From Brevundimonas sp. G8 (GTDB lineage: Bacteria > Pseudomonadota > Alphaproteobacteria > Caulobacterales > Caulobacteraceae): a DNA stretch of 32,000 nt. The number at the start of each line of letters is the position of its first letter. The stretch's first letter is position 1. The DNA is taken from assembly GCF_902506205.1 (NCBI RefSeq), contig NZ_LR732816.1:2708993-2740992 (forward strand), written 5' to 3'. This document shows positions 10,389 to 19,032 of this stretch, one piece after another. A model generated the notes under the pieces. That model had not been told where the DNA came from and did no database searches. It saw only the letters and a program-made list of their open reading frames with translations. A program made the position numbers and the translations under genes.

Positions 10389-11306
10389 TCAGTTCCCGGC
10401 GTTGACGAAGTTGCGCACGCGCGGCGGCGCCGGAGGGGCGGGCGGCGAGCGGATGATGCGGATCGAGCTGCTGCGGCAGGCCTGAGCGGTCAGGCGACCG
10501 GGCAGGCGGGTCGAGCCGTCGCCGCAAGCCTCGCTGATCTGGTCCTGGGACAGGCCGCGCGCGCTCGACAGGTCGGCGCCCCGGATGTCTGTGCGGCGCA
10601 GGGAGGCGTTGCTGAAATTGGCGCGGGAGAAGGTCGCGCCGCTCAGTCGCGCCCCATCCAGGCTGGCGTTCGAGAAGTCGGCGTTCGAGAAGTCGCCGCC
10701 CGACAGGTTGGAGGCGTTGACCTCGGCGTTGGAAAAGTTGGCGCCGGCCGCGCGGACATTGGTGATCGTCGCCCCGAACAGTTCGCTGTTGGAGAAGTTG
10801 GTGCCGGCCAGGGTCGCGCCGTTGAAGTTCACCCCGTGCATCTCGCCGCCCGACAGGTCGGCGCGGCTCAGATTGGCGCGGACGAAGGAGGACCCCTGCG
10901 CCTCGGCCCCGACCAGGACGGCGCTGGTGAAGTTGGCCGAGGTGAAGTTGGCGCCGACGATCTCGACGCCCGATAGATTGGCGCGGCTGAAGTCGCTGCC
11001 GGTGAAGTTGGAGCCCATCATCTCGGCGCCACGTAGATTGGCCCCAACCAAGGTGGCGTTCATGAAGCTGGCGCCGGTGAAGGTGGCGCCCGACAGGTTG
11101 CGGCCCGACAGTTCGCAGCGGTTGCACGATCCGCCCAACGACACCGAACGGGCGACGTCGCGGTCCTGCATCGACATCTCGACCCCGGCGAAGGCCGGCG
11201 ACGCGACGAGCGCCGCGCCCAGGGCCAGCAGGGCCAGGGCGGGTCGGAACCGGATATGTTCAGCGATCTGTTTCACGAGACCTGAATGCCCCGAAACCCC
11301 TGCCAT
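10389..11306 (-). CDS. Secreted pentapeptide-repeat protein (paralog 1)
   Basis: A signal-peptide-like N-terminus (ALALLALGAALVASPAFA) is followed by ~35 consecutive A(D/N)LSG/ANFSN-type pentapeptide units. It has an N-terminal CxxC (SCNRCELSG), a C-terminal ACGDGSTRLPGRLTAQAC and a Pro-rich tail. The start is ambiguous between ATG 11306 and GTG 11276. Confidence 0.85.
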   Translation of the reverse strand: MAGVSGHSGLVKQIAEHIRFRPALALLALGAALVASPAFAGVEMSMQDRDVARSVSLGGSCNRCELSGRNLSGATFTGASFMNATLVGANLRGAEMMGSNFTGSDFSRANLSGVEIVGANFTSANFTSAVLVGAEAQGSSFVRANLSRADLSGGEMHGVNFNGATLAGTNFSNSELFGATITNVRAAGANFSNAEVNASNLSGGDFSNADFSNASLDGARLSGATFSRANFSNASLRRTDIRGADLSSARGLSQDQISEACGDGSTRLPGRLTAQACRSSSIRIIRSPPAPPAPPRVRNFVNAGN

Positions 11307-11357
11307 ACCTACTTAAATCGAGGTAACTTCATGAAATCCAGGCAAGGTCCGCGACCC

Positions 11358-11849
11358 TCAGCAGGCGGGAATGCGAAGCCCACGCGGCAGGACGGTCGAC
11401 TCGTCGCCGCACGCCTGGTTCAACTGGCCCTGGGTCAGGCCGGTGGCCCGCGTCAGCTGGGCGCCTGACAGATTGGTTCCCGACAAGGTCGCGCCGGCGA
11501 AGCTTGCGCCCTCCAGATAGGCGCCCACGAAACTGGCGTTGGTCAGGTTGGCGCGCGAGAAGTTCGAGCCGGAGAAGACCCCGCCATAGGCCTCGACGTC
11601 GCGCATGTCGGTGTTGGAAAACCGCGTGCGGTTCATGACGCTCAGGCTCAGGTCCGCCTGACGCAGACGTGCGCCCGACAGGTTCAGGCCCCGCGCCTCC
11701 AGCCCCGAGAAGTCCCCCTGGAACAGGTTGCAGCCGGGGCAGGCGGCGCCGCGCTTCACGCTAGCGATCTGGCCCGCGTTCTGGGCCAGGGCGGGCGCGG
11801 CGACGGCCAGCAGGGCGGCGATCAGGCCGACGGAAAGTGTGCGTTTCAT
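11358..11849 (-). CDS. Secreted pentapeptide-repeat protein (paralog 2)
   Basis: A clear Sec signal (MKRTLSVGLIAALLAVAAPALA-Q) is followed by pentapeptide units. It has the same N-terminal CxxC (ACPGCNLFQGDFSG) and C-terminal ACGDESTVLPRGLRIPAC cap as paralog 1. Confidence 0.88.
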   Translation of the reverse strand: MKRTLSVGLIAALLAVAAPALAQNAGQIASVKRGAACPGCNLFQGDFSGLEARGLNLSGARLRQADLSLSVMNRTRFSNTDMRDVEAYGGVFSGSNFSRANLTNASFVGAYLEGASFAGATLSGTNLSGAQLTRATGLTQGQLNQACGDESTVLPRGLRIPAC

Positions 11850-11906
11850 GGACCGGGCTCCGACGTTTGATCGTCTTGCAGCAAACCCTAGGCCATAACC
11901 CTTAAC

Positions 11907-14534
11907 CTACCCCTGATCTCCGCCCTTCAGCGCCGGGGCCGCCCCGCAGGTGTCGCAGACCCAGGCGGCGCCACGCTGCTGCAGGCTGAAATCACCGCAG
12001 GCGGGGCAGGCGACGGCCTCGCTGTCAGCCATATGGCGCGGCTCGGGCTCGACCTTCTTGCCGAAGGGCAGGACGACCAGATTGTCGGGCGCGGATCCGC
12101 GCGCGAACCCCTTGGAGATGAACCGGGCGGCGGGCACGGCCTCGTTGGCGTCGGGCTTTCCATCACCGAGGCCATCGGCATTGAGATCGTCCGTCCCGGC
12201 GTTGGCCAGTTCGTCGCGGTCCAGATAGGAGACGCCCAGCTCGCGGAAGATGTAGTCCAGGATCGAGGTCGCGGACTTGATGGAGTCGTTGCCGGTGACG
12301 CGCCCGGCCGGCTCGAACCGGGTGAAGACGAAGGCGTCCACGAACTCGTCCAGCGGCACGCCGTATTGCAGGCCGATGGAGATGGCGATGGCGAAGTTGT
12401 TCATCAGGCTGCGGAAGGCGGCGCCTTCCTTGTGCATGTCGATGAAGATTTCGCCCAACTCGCCGTCTTCGTATTCGCCGGTGTGGATATAGACCTTGTG
12501 GCCCCCCACGGCGGCCTTCTGGATATAGCCCTTGCGACGGTCGGGCAGTTTGCGACGCGCGCGCTCCCGCTCGATCACGCGTTCGACGACCCGTTCGGCC
12601 GGGACCGGGCGAGGGGGTTCGCGCACAGGCTCGGCCCGCGCCGTCTCGATGTTCGGCAAGGACAGCAGCGGACCGGCTGGCGGCGCAGCGCGGGCCAGGC
12701 GGATGGCGCGACGACCGTCCAATGCGCCCTGGCTCAGCAGACGCGCGGCCTGGGCCGAGGTGGCGCGCCAGTCCATCGGTTCGACCGCGATATCGGCCAG
12801 GTCGCTGAACGGTTCGATGGCGCGCCGCAGGTCGGCTGCGACCGCCGCCGGATCGGCCAGCAGGCCGGCGACGGACGTCGGCGCCTCGTGCCAGTCGCTC
12901 AGATCGCCATGACCGAAGACCCAGCGCGTGGCCGCCGTCTCGGCCTCTTCGGACACCCCCAACAGGGTCAGCAGCAAGCCGTCGCCGTCCTCCACACCCA
13001 GCACGTCGCGGATGAAGCCGGGGTCCAGCACCGGGGCGGCGAACACCGTGTCGAAATCCTCGGCCCAGGCCAGGGCGTTCTCGATGGCGGCCAGTTCGAT
13101 GTCGGTAAAGCCCAGCGCGCGCAGCGACGCATGGTCGATGCCCGGCGCCTCGACCAGGGTGCGGCGCCCGAACGTCCACCGCTCCGCCGCCTCCACATCG
13201 CCACCTGCCGCCGTCAGCGCCGCCGCCAGGGCAGGGTGCAGCCGGCGACCGATCTCGCCGTCCGCCGTCTGGAACACATCGACCGCCGCGATCCGGCCCA
13301 GGCCCAGCCGCAGCCGCGCCTCAGCATCCTCGACGAACAGGCCGATGGCCGAGTGCCGCCGCGCCTTGGGCGCGACCGCCAGGGCTTTCGACGCCACGGC
13401 GGCGAGGGGGTCTGTCAGCCCTTTCAACGCATCGCGCCGCGCGGCTTGAGTCTCGGCGGCGGCGCCTTTCAGATCGTCCCAGTCGGGACAGAGACCGCGC
13501 ACGCTCGCCAACTCGGCCGAGGTATGGGCCGCCGTCGCCGCGACCAGTCCCGCGAACGCCTGCGCCCGAGCCGTGCGATCATTGTCCGCCGCCAGGGCCT
13601 CCAGCAACCCGTCCAGCCCAAGGGCCATCACCCCCGGCGTCGCCGCCTGAAGGTCCAGCGCCACGGTCAGCAACCGCGTCAGCTCCGCCAGATCGGCCGC
13701 CGCGTCGCCGTCCAGCGCCAGCACGGCGTCCAGGTCGATGACGGCCCGGCTCGCAGACGCCGTCGCGGTCTCAGCATCGCGCGGATCGAAGGCGACGATC
13801 AGCCCGCCGTCCAGCGCCGCTTCCGCCGCCAGCAGGGCCTCCGGCGCGCCCGCCGCGATCTGCGTCCGGTCCGCCAGGGCGACCAGGGGCGCGCCCTCGA
13901 CCATTGGCTCCAGCGCCATGGCGGGCCGTTCGCCATCAACGGCCCTCAGGATGTCGGCGTCGCTGGCTCCGCAACGTCGCGCCAGCGCCGCCGCACGCCC
14001 AAGCGCCGGATTGCGAGAGGGATCGCCGCAGTCGCCGCGCGGGCCTTCGCAACGGTCCACCACATCGGCGACCCCCGCCAAGGCCTCGGCCAGCGCCTGC
14101 GCCGCCTGCGCTCCCAAGCGTGCTGCGGCCCGCTTGCCGCTGTGCGTCCTCAGACTGGCGCCTGCGCCGGGATCGTTCAGATCGACGACGCCAGCCGCGA
14201 CCGGCTCCGATCCCGCCGGCGCCGCCAGGCCCAGCTTGAATGCGCCTGAAAGTTCGCTTGCGAACGCGGGGGCCTCGGCTTGGTCGAATACGCCCTCGGC
14301 CACGCCCGTCGCCGCCAGCCGCTCGGCCCAGGCGTCGACCCCACCGTTCAGCCAGTCGCCGGACATGGGCGTCGTAAATCCTGCAGCCTCGACCCAGTCC
14401 AGCCAGGCCTCGATCTGCGCGTCGGACCAGCCCGCGGGCGCCAGCACTTGCTGCACGCTGGCCGGGCGCTCGACGGCGCGGGTCTCCATCGCGACTCGTT
14501 CGGCGCGAACGGCGAAGCCGGATTGAAAGCGCAT
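11907..14534 (-). CDS. NrdJ C-terminal-region-like (TSCPD-type) protein with a long Ala-rich N-terminal region and a C-terminal CxxC...CxxC zinc ribbon
   Basis: The C-terminal ~200 aa ([78 protein letters not shown]...[14 protein letters not shown]) match my memory of the C-terminal module of alphaproteobacterial class II ribonucleotide reductases. The protein ends with CPACG...CDTCG. Start is set at ATG 14532-14534, preceded by GGAGAG 8 nt upstream. The tracked ORF extends to 14597. Confidence 0.75.
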   Translation of the reverse strand: MRFQSGFAVRAERVAMETRAVERPASVQQVLAPAGWSDAQIEAWLDWVEAAGFTTPMSGDWLNGGVDAWAERLAATGVAEGVFDQAEAPAFASELSGAFKLGLAAPAGSEPVAAGVVDLNDPGAGASLRTHSGKRAAARLGAQAAQALAEALAGVADVVDRCEGPRGDCGDPSRNPALGRAAALARRCGASDADILRAVDGERPAMALEPMVEGAPLVALADRTQIAAGAPEALLAAEAALDGGLIVAFDPRDAETATASASRAVIDLDAVLALDGDAAADLAELTRLLTVALDLQAATPGVMALGLDGLLEALAADNDRTARAQAFAGLVAATAAHTSAELASVRGLCPDWDDLKGAAAETQAARRDALKGLTDPLAAVASKALAVAPKARRHSAIGLFVEDAEARLRLGLGRIAAVDVFQTADGEIGRRLHPALAAALTAAGGDVEAAERWTFGRRTLVEAPGIDHASLRALGFTDIELAAIENALAWAEDFDTVFAAPVLDPGFIRDVLGVEDGDGLLLTLLGVSEEAETAATRWVFGHGDLSDWHEAPTSVAGLLADPAAVAADLRRAIEPFSDLADIAVEPMDWRATSAQAARLLSQGALDGRRAIRLARAAPPAGPLLSLPNIETARAEPVREPPRPVPAERVVERVIERERARRKLPDRRKGYIQKAAVGGHKVYIHTGEYEDGELGEIFIDMHKEGAAFRSLMNNFAIAISIGLQYGVPLDEFVDAFVFTRFEPAGRVTGNDSIKSATSILDYIFRELGVSYLDRDELANAGTDDLNADGLGDGKPDANEAVPAARFISKGFARGSAPDNLVVLPFGKKVEPEPRHMADSEAVACPACGDFSLQQRGAAWVCDTCGAAPALKGGDQG

Positions 14535-14681
14535 GGCGGCGTCTCTCCGAAAGGTTCGGCCCAGCCTAGGCGGTCGCGCGTCCCTTCGCCAATACATCTG
14601 GTGTGCTCAGGCCATGTTGCCCACAAGATATCGATTCGACCTGACCCTTCTGAACGCTGGACGAAGGGGGCGCGGGTTTCT

Positions 14682-15134
14682 ATGATCCGCACCAGACGCC
14701 GCCTCCCTTTTCGGCGAACCCTTACGGTTGGATTCCACGACGTGTTGAGCAAGATTTTCGGCTGGTGGGAGGGCGCCACAATCGGCACCCGCTTCACCAT
14801 CGCCAAGCGCGGTCGCTTCGTCGGCCAGGACGAGAACGGCAATCGCTATTTCGAGAGCCGCGACAACGTCAGCTACGACGGCCGCAAGCGTCGCTGGGTC
14901 ATCTATGACGGCTATGCCGAGGCGTCCAAGGTGACGCCCGACTGGCACGGCTGGCTGCACTACACCTTCGACCTGCCGCCGACCGAGCAGCCGCTGCCGC
15001 GTCGCGTCTGGGAAAAGGATCACCTGCCCAACATGACCGGCACGCCCCTGGCCTGGCGTCCGCCCGGTTCGCTGGCCAACGAGGCCAAGCGTCCGGCCGC
15101 GACCGGCGACTATCAGGCCTGGACGCCCGAGTGA
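14682..15134 (+). CDS. NADH:ubiquinone oxidoreductase subunit NDUFA12-like protein
   Basis: LSKIFGWWEGATIGTRFTIAKRGRFVGQDENGNRYFE...RRWVIY...PDWHGWLHYT is the NDUFA12/B17.2 signature. The start is uncertain: ATG 14682, or GTG 14742 / TTG 14745 just before LSKIFGWW. The part of the tracked ORF from 14280 to 14681 is an antisense artefact. Confidence 0.85.
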   Translation: MIRTRRRLPFRRTLTVGFHDVLSKIFGWWEGATIGTRFTIAKRGRFVGQDENGNRYFESRDNVSYDGRKRRWVIYDGYAEASKVTPDWHGWLHYTFDLPPTEQPLPRRVWEKDHLPNMTGTPLAWRPPGSLANEAKRPAATGDYQAWTPE

Positions 15135-15778
15135 AAGCGCGCCGCATCCTGTTGGGCGCAGCGGCCGTCGTGGGTGTGCTGAGCGCCGGCGCGGTGACCG
15201 CCAGCGTGCTTCAGGACGCGCCGCGCGATGCGCGCCCGGTCCAGGATCCGATCGGCGACATCCTGCGCACCACGCCCTCCGTGCCGACCGAGACCCCGCC
15301 TGCGGGCGCTCCGGCGCCGCGCTCGCCTGTCGCCGTGACGCCGCCCCCGACCGTCATCATCGCCGAAGACGCTGCGGTCGAGGAAAAGGCCGAACAGGAG
15401 GTCGCGGCCGAGAAGCCCGTCGCGACCAAGGCCATCGAACAGCCTGACACCCCGGCGCGGCGCCAGCGTCGCAAGTTCGCGGTCATCCAGGCCATCGACA
15501 AGGTCACGGCCGAGTCCATGAAGTTCGAGGTCGAGGTCGGCGGTCGGCCCGTCCGCTTCAACCGCAACCTGATCTTCGCCGCCCGCGCCTGTGAGGTCAC
15601 GACCCCGGACGAACTGACCGAGGACGCCATCGCCTATATCGACGTGTCGCTTCAGCCGCGCGGCCAGCAGGCCTCGCCGCGCCAGATCTTCCGCGGCTGG
15701 ATGTTCGCCTCGTCGCCCTCCGTCAGCGGGATCCAGAACCCCTATTACGACGCCTGGATCGTGGGCTGTAAGAACTGA
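15131..15778 (+). CDS. DUF2155 domain-containing exported protein
   Basis: It has a signal or anchor N-terminus and a Pro/Ala-rich linker. The conserved C-terminal domain reads FAVIQAIDKVTAESMKFEVEVGG...FAARACE...AYIDVS...IFRGWMFASSPSVSGIQNPYYDAWIVGC. Its GTG start overlaps the NDUFA12-like stop (GTGA). Confidence 0.75.
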   Translation: MKARRILLGAAAVVGVLSAGAVTASVLQDAPRDARPVQDPIGDILRTTPSVPTETPPAGAPAPRSPVAVTPPPTVIIAEDAAVEEKAEQEVAAEKPVATKAIEQPDTPARRQRRKFAVIQAIDKVTAESMKFEVEVGGRPVRFNRNLIFAARACEVTTPDELTEDAIAYIDVSLQPRGQQASPRQIFRGWMFASSPSVSGIQNPYYDAWIVGCKN

Positions 15779-15804
15779 CCTTTCACGCCGCGAGGAGGCT
15801 GAGG

Positions 15805-16146
15805 ATGGATCGCGATAAGCCGCTCAAGAAAAGCGAAACGGTCGAGATCCGACTGCCCCACGCGACCAAGAGCGCCTTCATGGCCCGCTGCCGCGCCGAG
15901 GGCCGCACCGCCAGCGACGCCATCCGCCGCTTCATCGACGCCGAACTGAGCCAGACATCGACGACGCGACGCGCACCCCGCTTGGGCTGGCGTCCGCTGC
16001 TGGCCGCCGCCGTCGCGGGCCTCGCCCTGGGCGCCGTCGCCGCGCCGTCGTTGGCGCAATCTTCGCCGCCTACCCGCGCCGCCTTTGATCGGATGGACCG
16101 CAACCACGACGGCATCGTCAGCTTCGACGAATACCGCGTGCGCTAG
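15805..16146 (+). CDS. Small bitopic protein: N-terminal ribbon-helix-helix-like domain, one TM helix, C-terminal single EF-hand
   Basis: The RHH-like pattern is ETVEIRLPHATKSAFMARCRAEGRTASDAIRRFIDAEL. The hydrophobic segment is WRPLLAAAVAGLALGAVAAPSLA. A canonical 12-residue EF loop DRNHDGIVSFDE lies at 16096-16131. Confidence 0.7.
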   Translation: MDRDKPLKKSETVEIRLPHATKSAFMARCRAEGRTASDAIRRFIDAELSQTSTTRRAPRLGWRPLLAAAVAGLALGAVAAPSLAQSSPPTRAAFDRMDRNHDGIVSFDEYRVR

Positions 16147-16907
16147 CGGATGCGGACCAAGAACCTGTCCCACTGAAGGTTCAGCCAGGTCCAGGGCTTG
16201 AACAGGCCCGCGCCCGGCTTCCACGACGCCAACACGATCTCGGCCCGACCCATGATGTTCTCGGCGGGCAGCAGGCCCACCCCGACCTCAGGCGGCCAGC
16301 GGCTGTCCAGCGAGTTGTCGCGGTTGTCGCCCATCATCAGATACTGGCCCGAAGGCACGCGGCGCAGGGGTGTGTCGTCGCCCGGCAGGTCCGGCCCGCC
16401 GTCATAGGTCACATAGGTCCGCCCGTAGGCCAGGGTCTCGCGCACCTGCTGCACCCAGCGCTGGGGCGCGTCATGATCGGCGACGACATTAAGCCGGGTC
16501 TGGCGCACCGCATCGCCGTTGACGAAGACCATGCCGCCGCGCACTTGAACCGTGTCGCCGGGCAGGCCCACCACCCGCTTGATCCAGGTCTGTTTCGGAT
16601 CGCGCGGCAGGCGGAACACCACCACGTCCCCGCGCCGGGGCTCGCGCTCCATGACCCGGCCCGGCGTCATGGGCGGGCTGAACGGCAGCGACGCCGTGCT
16701 CCAGCCATAAGCGTATTTCGACACCACAATGTAGTCGCCGGTCACCAGCCCCGGCTCCATCGACGACGACGGAATGGTGAAGGGCTGGAACAGCAGGATG
16801 CGGAGCGCCGTCGCCAGGATCAAGGCGGCGACCAGCGTCACGGCGATCTCTCGCATCTCGCTCAGGACGGTCGAGCGGGGCGGGGCTTGGGGTGGGGTCT
16901 GGGTCAT
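16143..16907 (-). CDS. lepB: Signal peptidase I
   Basis: S26 family motifs are present: catalytic Ser box PSSSMEPGL, VVFRLP, IKRVVGLPGD and GDNRDNSLDSRW. ATG 16907 is preferred, because the tracked start at 16943 is a TTG. Confidence 0.92.
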   Translation of the reverse strand: MTQTPPQAPPRSTVLSEMREIAVTLVAALILATALRILLFQPFTIPSSSMEPGLVTGDYIVVSKYAYGWSTASLPFSPPMTPGRVMEREPRRGDVVVFRLPRDPKQTWIKRVVGLPGDTVQVRGGMVFVNGDAVRQTRLNVVADHDAPQRWVQQVRETLAYGRTYVTYDGGPDLPGDDTPLRRVPSGQYLMMGDNRDNSLDSRWPPEVGVGLLPAENIMGRAEIVLASWKPGAGLFKPWTWLNLQWDRFLVRIR

Positions 16908-16999
16908 GCCGCCATTGACCGCCAGACCCGGCGCCAACGCCAATCCGAACCTGTCGGGACAGGCCCAATATCGTGTCCGGACAGATCAGGCGGAGGCCA

Positions 17000-17707
17000 T
17001 TATGCCGTGGCCAGGGCCACCGCCTCGACGCCGGTCAGGGCCCCGCTCAAAGCCGCTTGATCCGGCCTGATCGTCAGCGCCGGCGACAGCCGGTCAAGAT
17101 AGGCCGCCTGCGGCGTCTCCACCGCGCCGAACTGGCTCAGATGCTCCGTCAGGAACTGCGCGTCCAACAGCGTCCAGCCGCCCTTGCGCAACCGCGCGAC
17201 CAGATGCACCAACGCCACCTTGGACGCGTCCCGCTCGCGGCTGAACATGCTCTCGCCGAAGAAGGCCCCGCCCAGCGACACCCCATACAGGCCGCCCACC
17301 AGCCGCTCGTCTCGCCAGCATTCGATGGAGTGGACGAAACCCATGGCGAACAGGGCCGCGTACAGCCGCCGGATCGGCCCATTGATCCAGGTGTCCTCGC
17401 GATCCGGCCCTTGCGCCGCCGCACAGCCGTCCAGCACCGCCTCGAAGGCGGTATCGACCCGCACCTCGAACGGCTCGCCCCGCACGGTGCGACGCAGGCG
17501 CGACGGGATGTGGAAGGCGTCCAGGGGCACGACGCCGCGCTGTTTCGGCTCGATGATGAAGACGCGTGGATCGTCACGCGCCTCGGCCATCGGAAACACG
17601 CCCCGGGCGTAACAGGCCAGCAGGTCCTCGGGGCCGAAACCGCCGAAAGGCCCGCTGGCGCTGAAATCGGGGTCTGTCAGGCGTCGCCCTTCTGACGGGC
17701 GGCCCAC
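17000..17707 (-). CDS. aat: Leucyl/phenylalanyl-tRNA--protein transferase
   Basis: Family motifs [19 protein letters not shown] and [33 protein letters not shown] are present. No in-frame ATG is available, so the start is GTG 17707 or TTG 17719. Either one overlaps the 3' end of accC. Confidence 0.88.
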   Translation of the reverse strand: MGRPSEGRRLTDPDFSASGPFGGFGPEDLLACYARGVFPMAEARDDPRVFIIEPKQRGVVPLDAFHIPSRLRRTVRGEPFEVRVDTAFEAVLDGCAAAQGPDREDTWINGPIRRLYAALFAMGFVHSIECWRDERLVGGLYGVSLGGAFFGESMFSRERDASKVALVHLVARLRKGGWTLLDAQFLTEHLSQFGAVETPQAAYLDRLSPALTIRPDQAALSGALTGVEAVALATA

Positions 17708-19029
17708 TTCTCCAGCCAATGGATGTCGTAATCGCCCGACAGGATGTCGGGCTCCTGCAACAGCTTTTGGAACAGGGGGATGGTGGTGTCGACGCCGCCG
17801 ATGACGATCTCGTTCAGCGACCGCTTCAGGCGGGCGATGGCCTCCTCGCGGTCGCGGCCATGGACGATCAGCTTGCCGATCAGGCTGTCGTAATAGGGCG
17901 GGATCGAATAGCCGGCGTAGATGGCGCTATCCAGACGCACGCCCAGGCCTCCGGGGGCGTGGAAGTCGGTGATCTTGCCAGGCGACGGGGTGAAGGTCTC
18001 GGGGTTCTCGGCGTTGATCCGCACCTCGATGGCGTGGCCCTGGAACTTGATGTCTTCTTGCGTGAACGACAGCGGCAGGCCGGCGGCGATGCGCACCTGT
18101 TCGCGCACCAGGTCGACGCCGGTGATCATTTCGGTCACCGGGTGTTCGACCTGCAGGCGGGTGTTCATCTCGATGAAGAAGAACTCGCCGTCCTCCCACA
18201 GGAACTCGATGGTGCCGACGCCCAGATAGCCGATGGCGGCGATGGCCTTGTTGACCGTCTCGCCGATCTGCTTGCGACCCTCGGCCGACAGGGCGGGCGA
18301 GGGGGCCTCTTCCAGCACCTTCTGGTGACGACGTTGCAGCGAGCAGTCGCGCTCGCCCAGGTGAACGACATTGCCGTGGCTGTCGGCGATGACCTGGATC
18401 TCGATGTGGCGCGGCTTCTGGAGATAGCGCTCCATATAGACGGCGCCGTTGCCGAAGGCGGCCTTGGCCTCGGACTGGGCGGTCTGGACCGCCTCGACCA
18501 GGTCGTCAGGCGTCAGAGCGACCTTCATGCCGCGTCCGCCGCCGCCCGCCGCCGCCTTGACGATCAGGGGGAAGCCGATGGCCTTGGACGCCTCGATCGC
18601 GGCCTCGACGGTCTCGACCTCGCCCTTGGAGCCGGGGACAACGGGGATGCCGGCGTCCATGACGGTCTGCTTGGCGCTGATCTTGTCGCCCATGACCCGG
18701 ATATGCTCGGGCTTGGGACCGATGAAGGTCATGCCATGGGCTTCGACGATCTCGGCGAAACGGGCGTTTTCCGACAGGAAGCCATAGCCGGGATGGATCG
18801 CCTGGGCGCCGGTGATCTCGGCCGCCGCGATGATCGACGGGATGTTCAGATACGACTTGGCGGCCGAGGCGGGGCCGATGCAGACGCTTTCGTCGGCCAG
18901 CCGCACCCACATGGCGCCGCGGTCGGCTTCGGAGTGAACGGCGACGGTGGAGATGCCCATCTCCTTGCACGCCCGGTGGATGCGCAGCGCGATCTCGCCG
19001 CGGTTGGCGATCAGGACCTTGGTGAACAC
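17677..19029 (-). CDS. accC: Acetyl-CoA carboxylase biotin carboxylase subunit
   Basis: [17 protein letters not shown]..., GGGGRGM and [18 protein letters not shown] in a 450 aa product with a GTG start, immediately downstream of accB. Confidence 0.97.
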   Translation of the reverse strand: MFTKVLIANRGEIALRIHRACKEMGISTVAVHSEADRGAMWVRLADESVCIGPASAAKSYLNIPSIIAAAEITGAQAIHPGYGFLSENARFAEIVEAHGMTFIGPKPEHIRVMGDKISAKQTVMDAGIPVVPGSKGEVETVEAAIEASKAIGFPLIVKAAAGGGGRGMKVALTPDDLVEAVQTAQSEAKAAFGNGAVYMERYLQKPRHIEIQVIADSHGNVVHLGERDCSLQRRHQKVLEEAPSPALSAEGRKQIGETVNKAIAAIGYLGVGTIEFLWEDGEFFFIEMNTRLQVEHPVTEMITGVDLVREQVRIAAGLPLSFTQEDIKFQGHAIEVRINAENPETFTPSPGKITDFHAPGGLGVRLDSAIYAGYSIPPYYDSLIGKLIVHGRDREEAIARLKRSLNEIVIGGVDTTIPLFQKLLQEPDILSGDYDIHWLEKWAARQKGDA

Positions 19030-19032
19030 GGC

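Noticed and set aside
10389-11849. The periodic DNA repetition raised the question of a CRISPR array or tandem-repeat locus.
   Set aside because: The periodicity is 15 bp and in-frame, corresponding to pentapeptide-repeat coding units. There is no repeat-spacer architecture.
14280-14681. 5' extension of the NDUFA12-like ORF.
   Set aside because: It overlaps the start region of the NrdJ-like gene on the opposite strand. It also precedes the conserved family N-terminus and has no supporting motifs.
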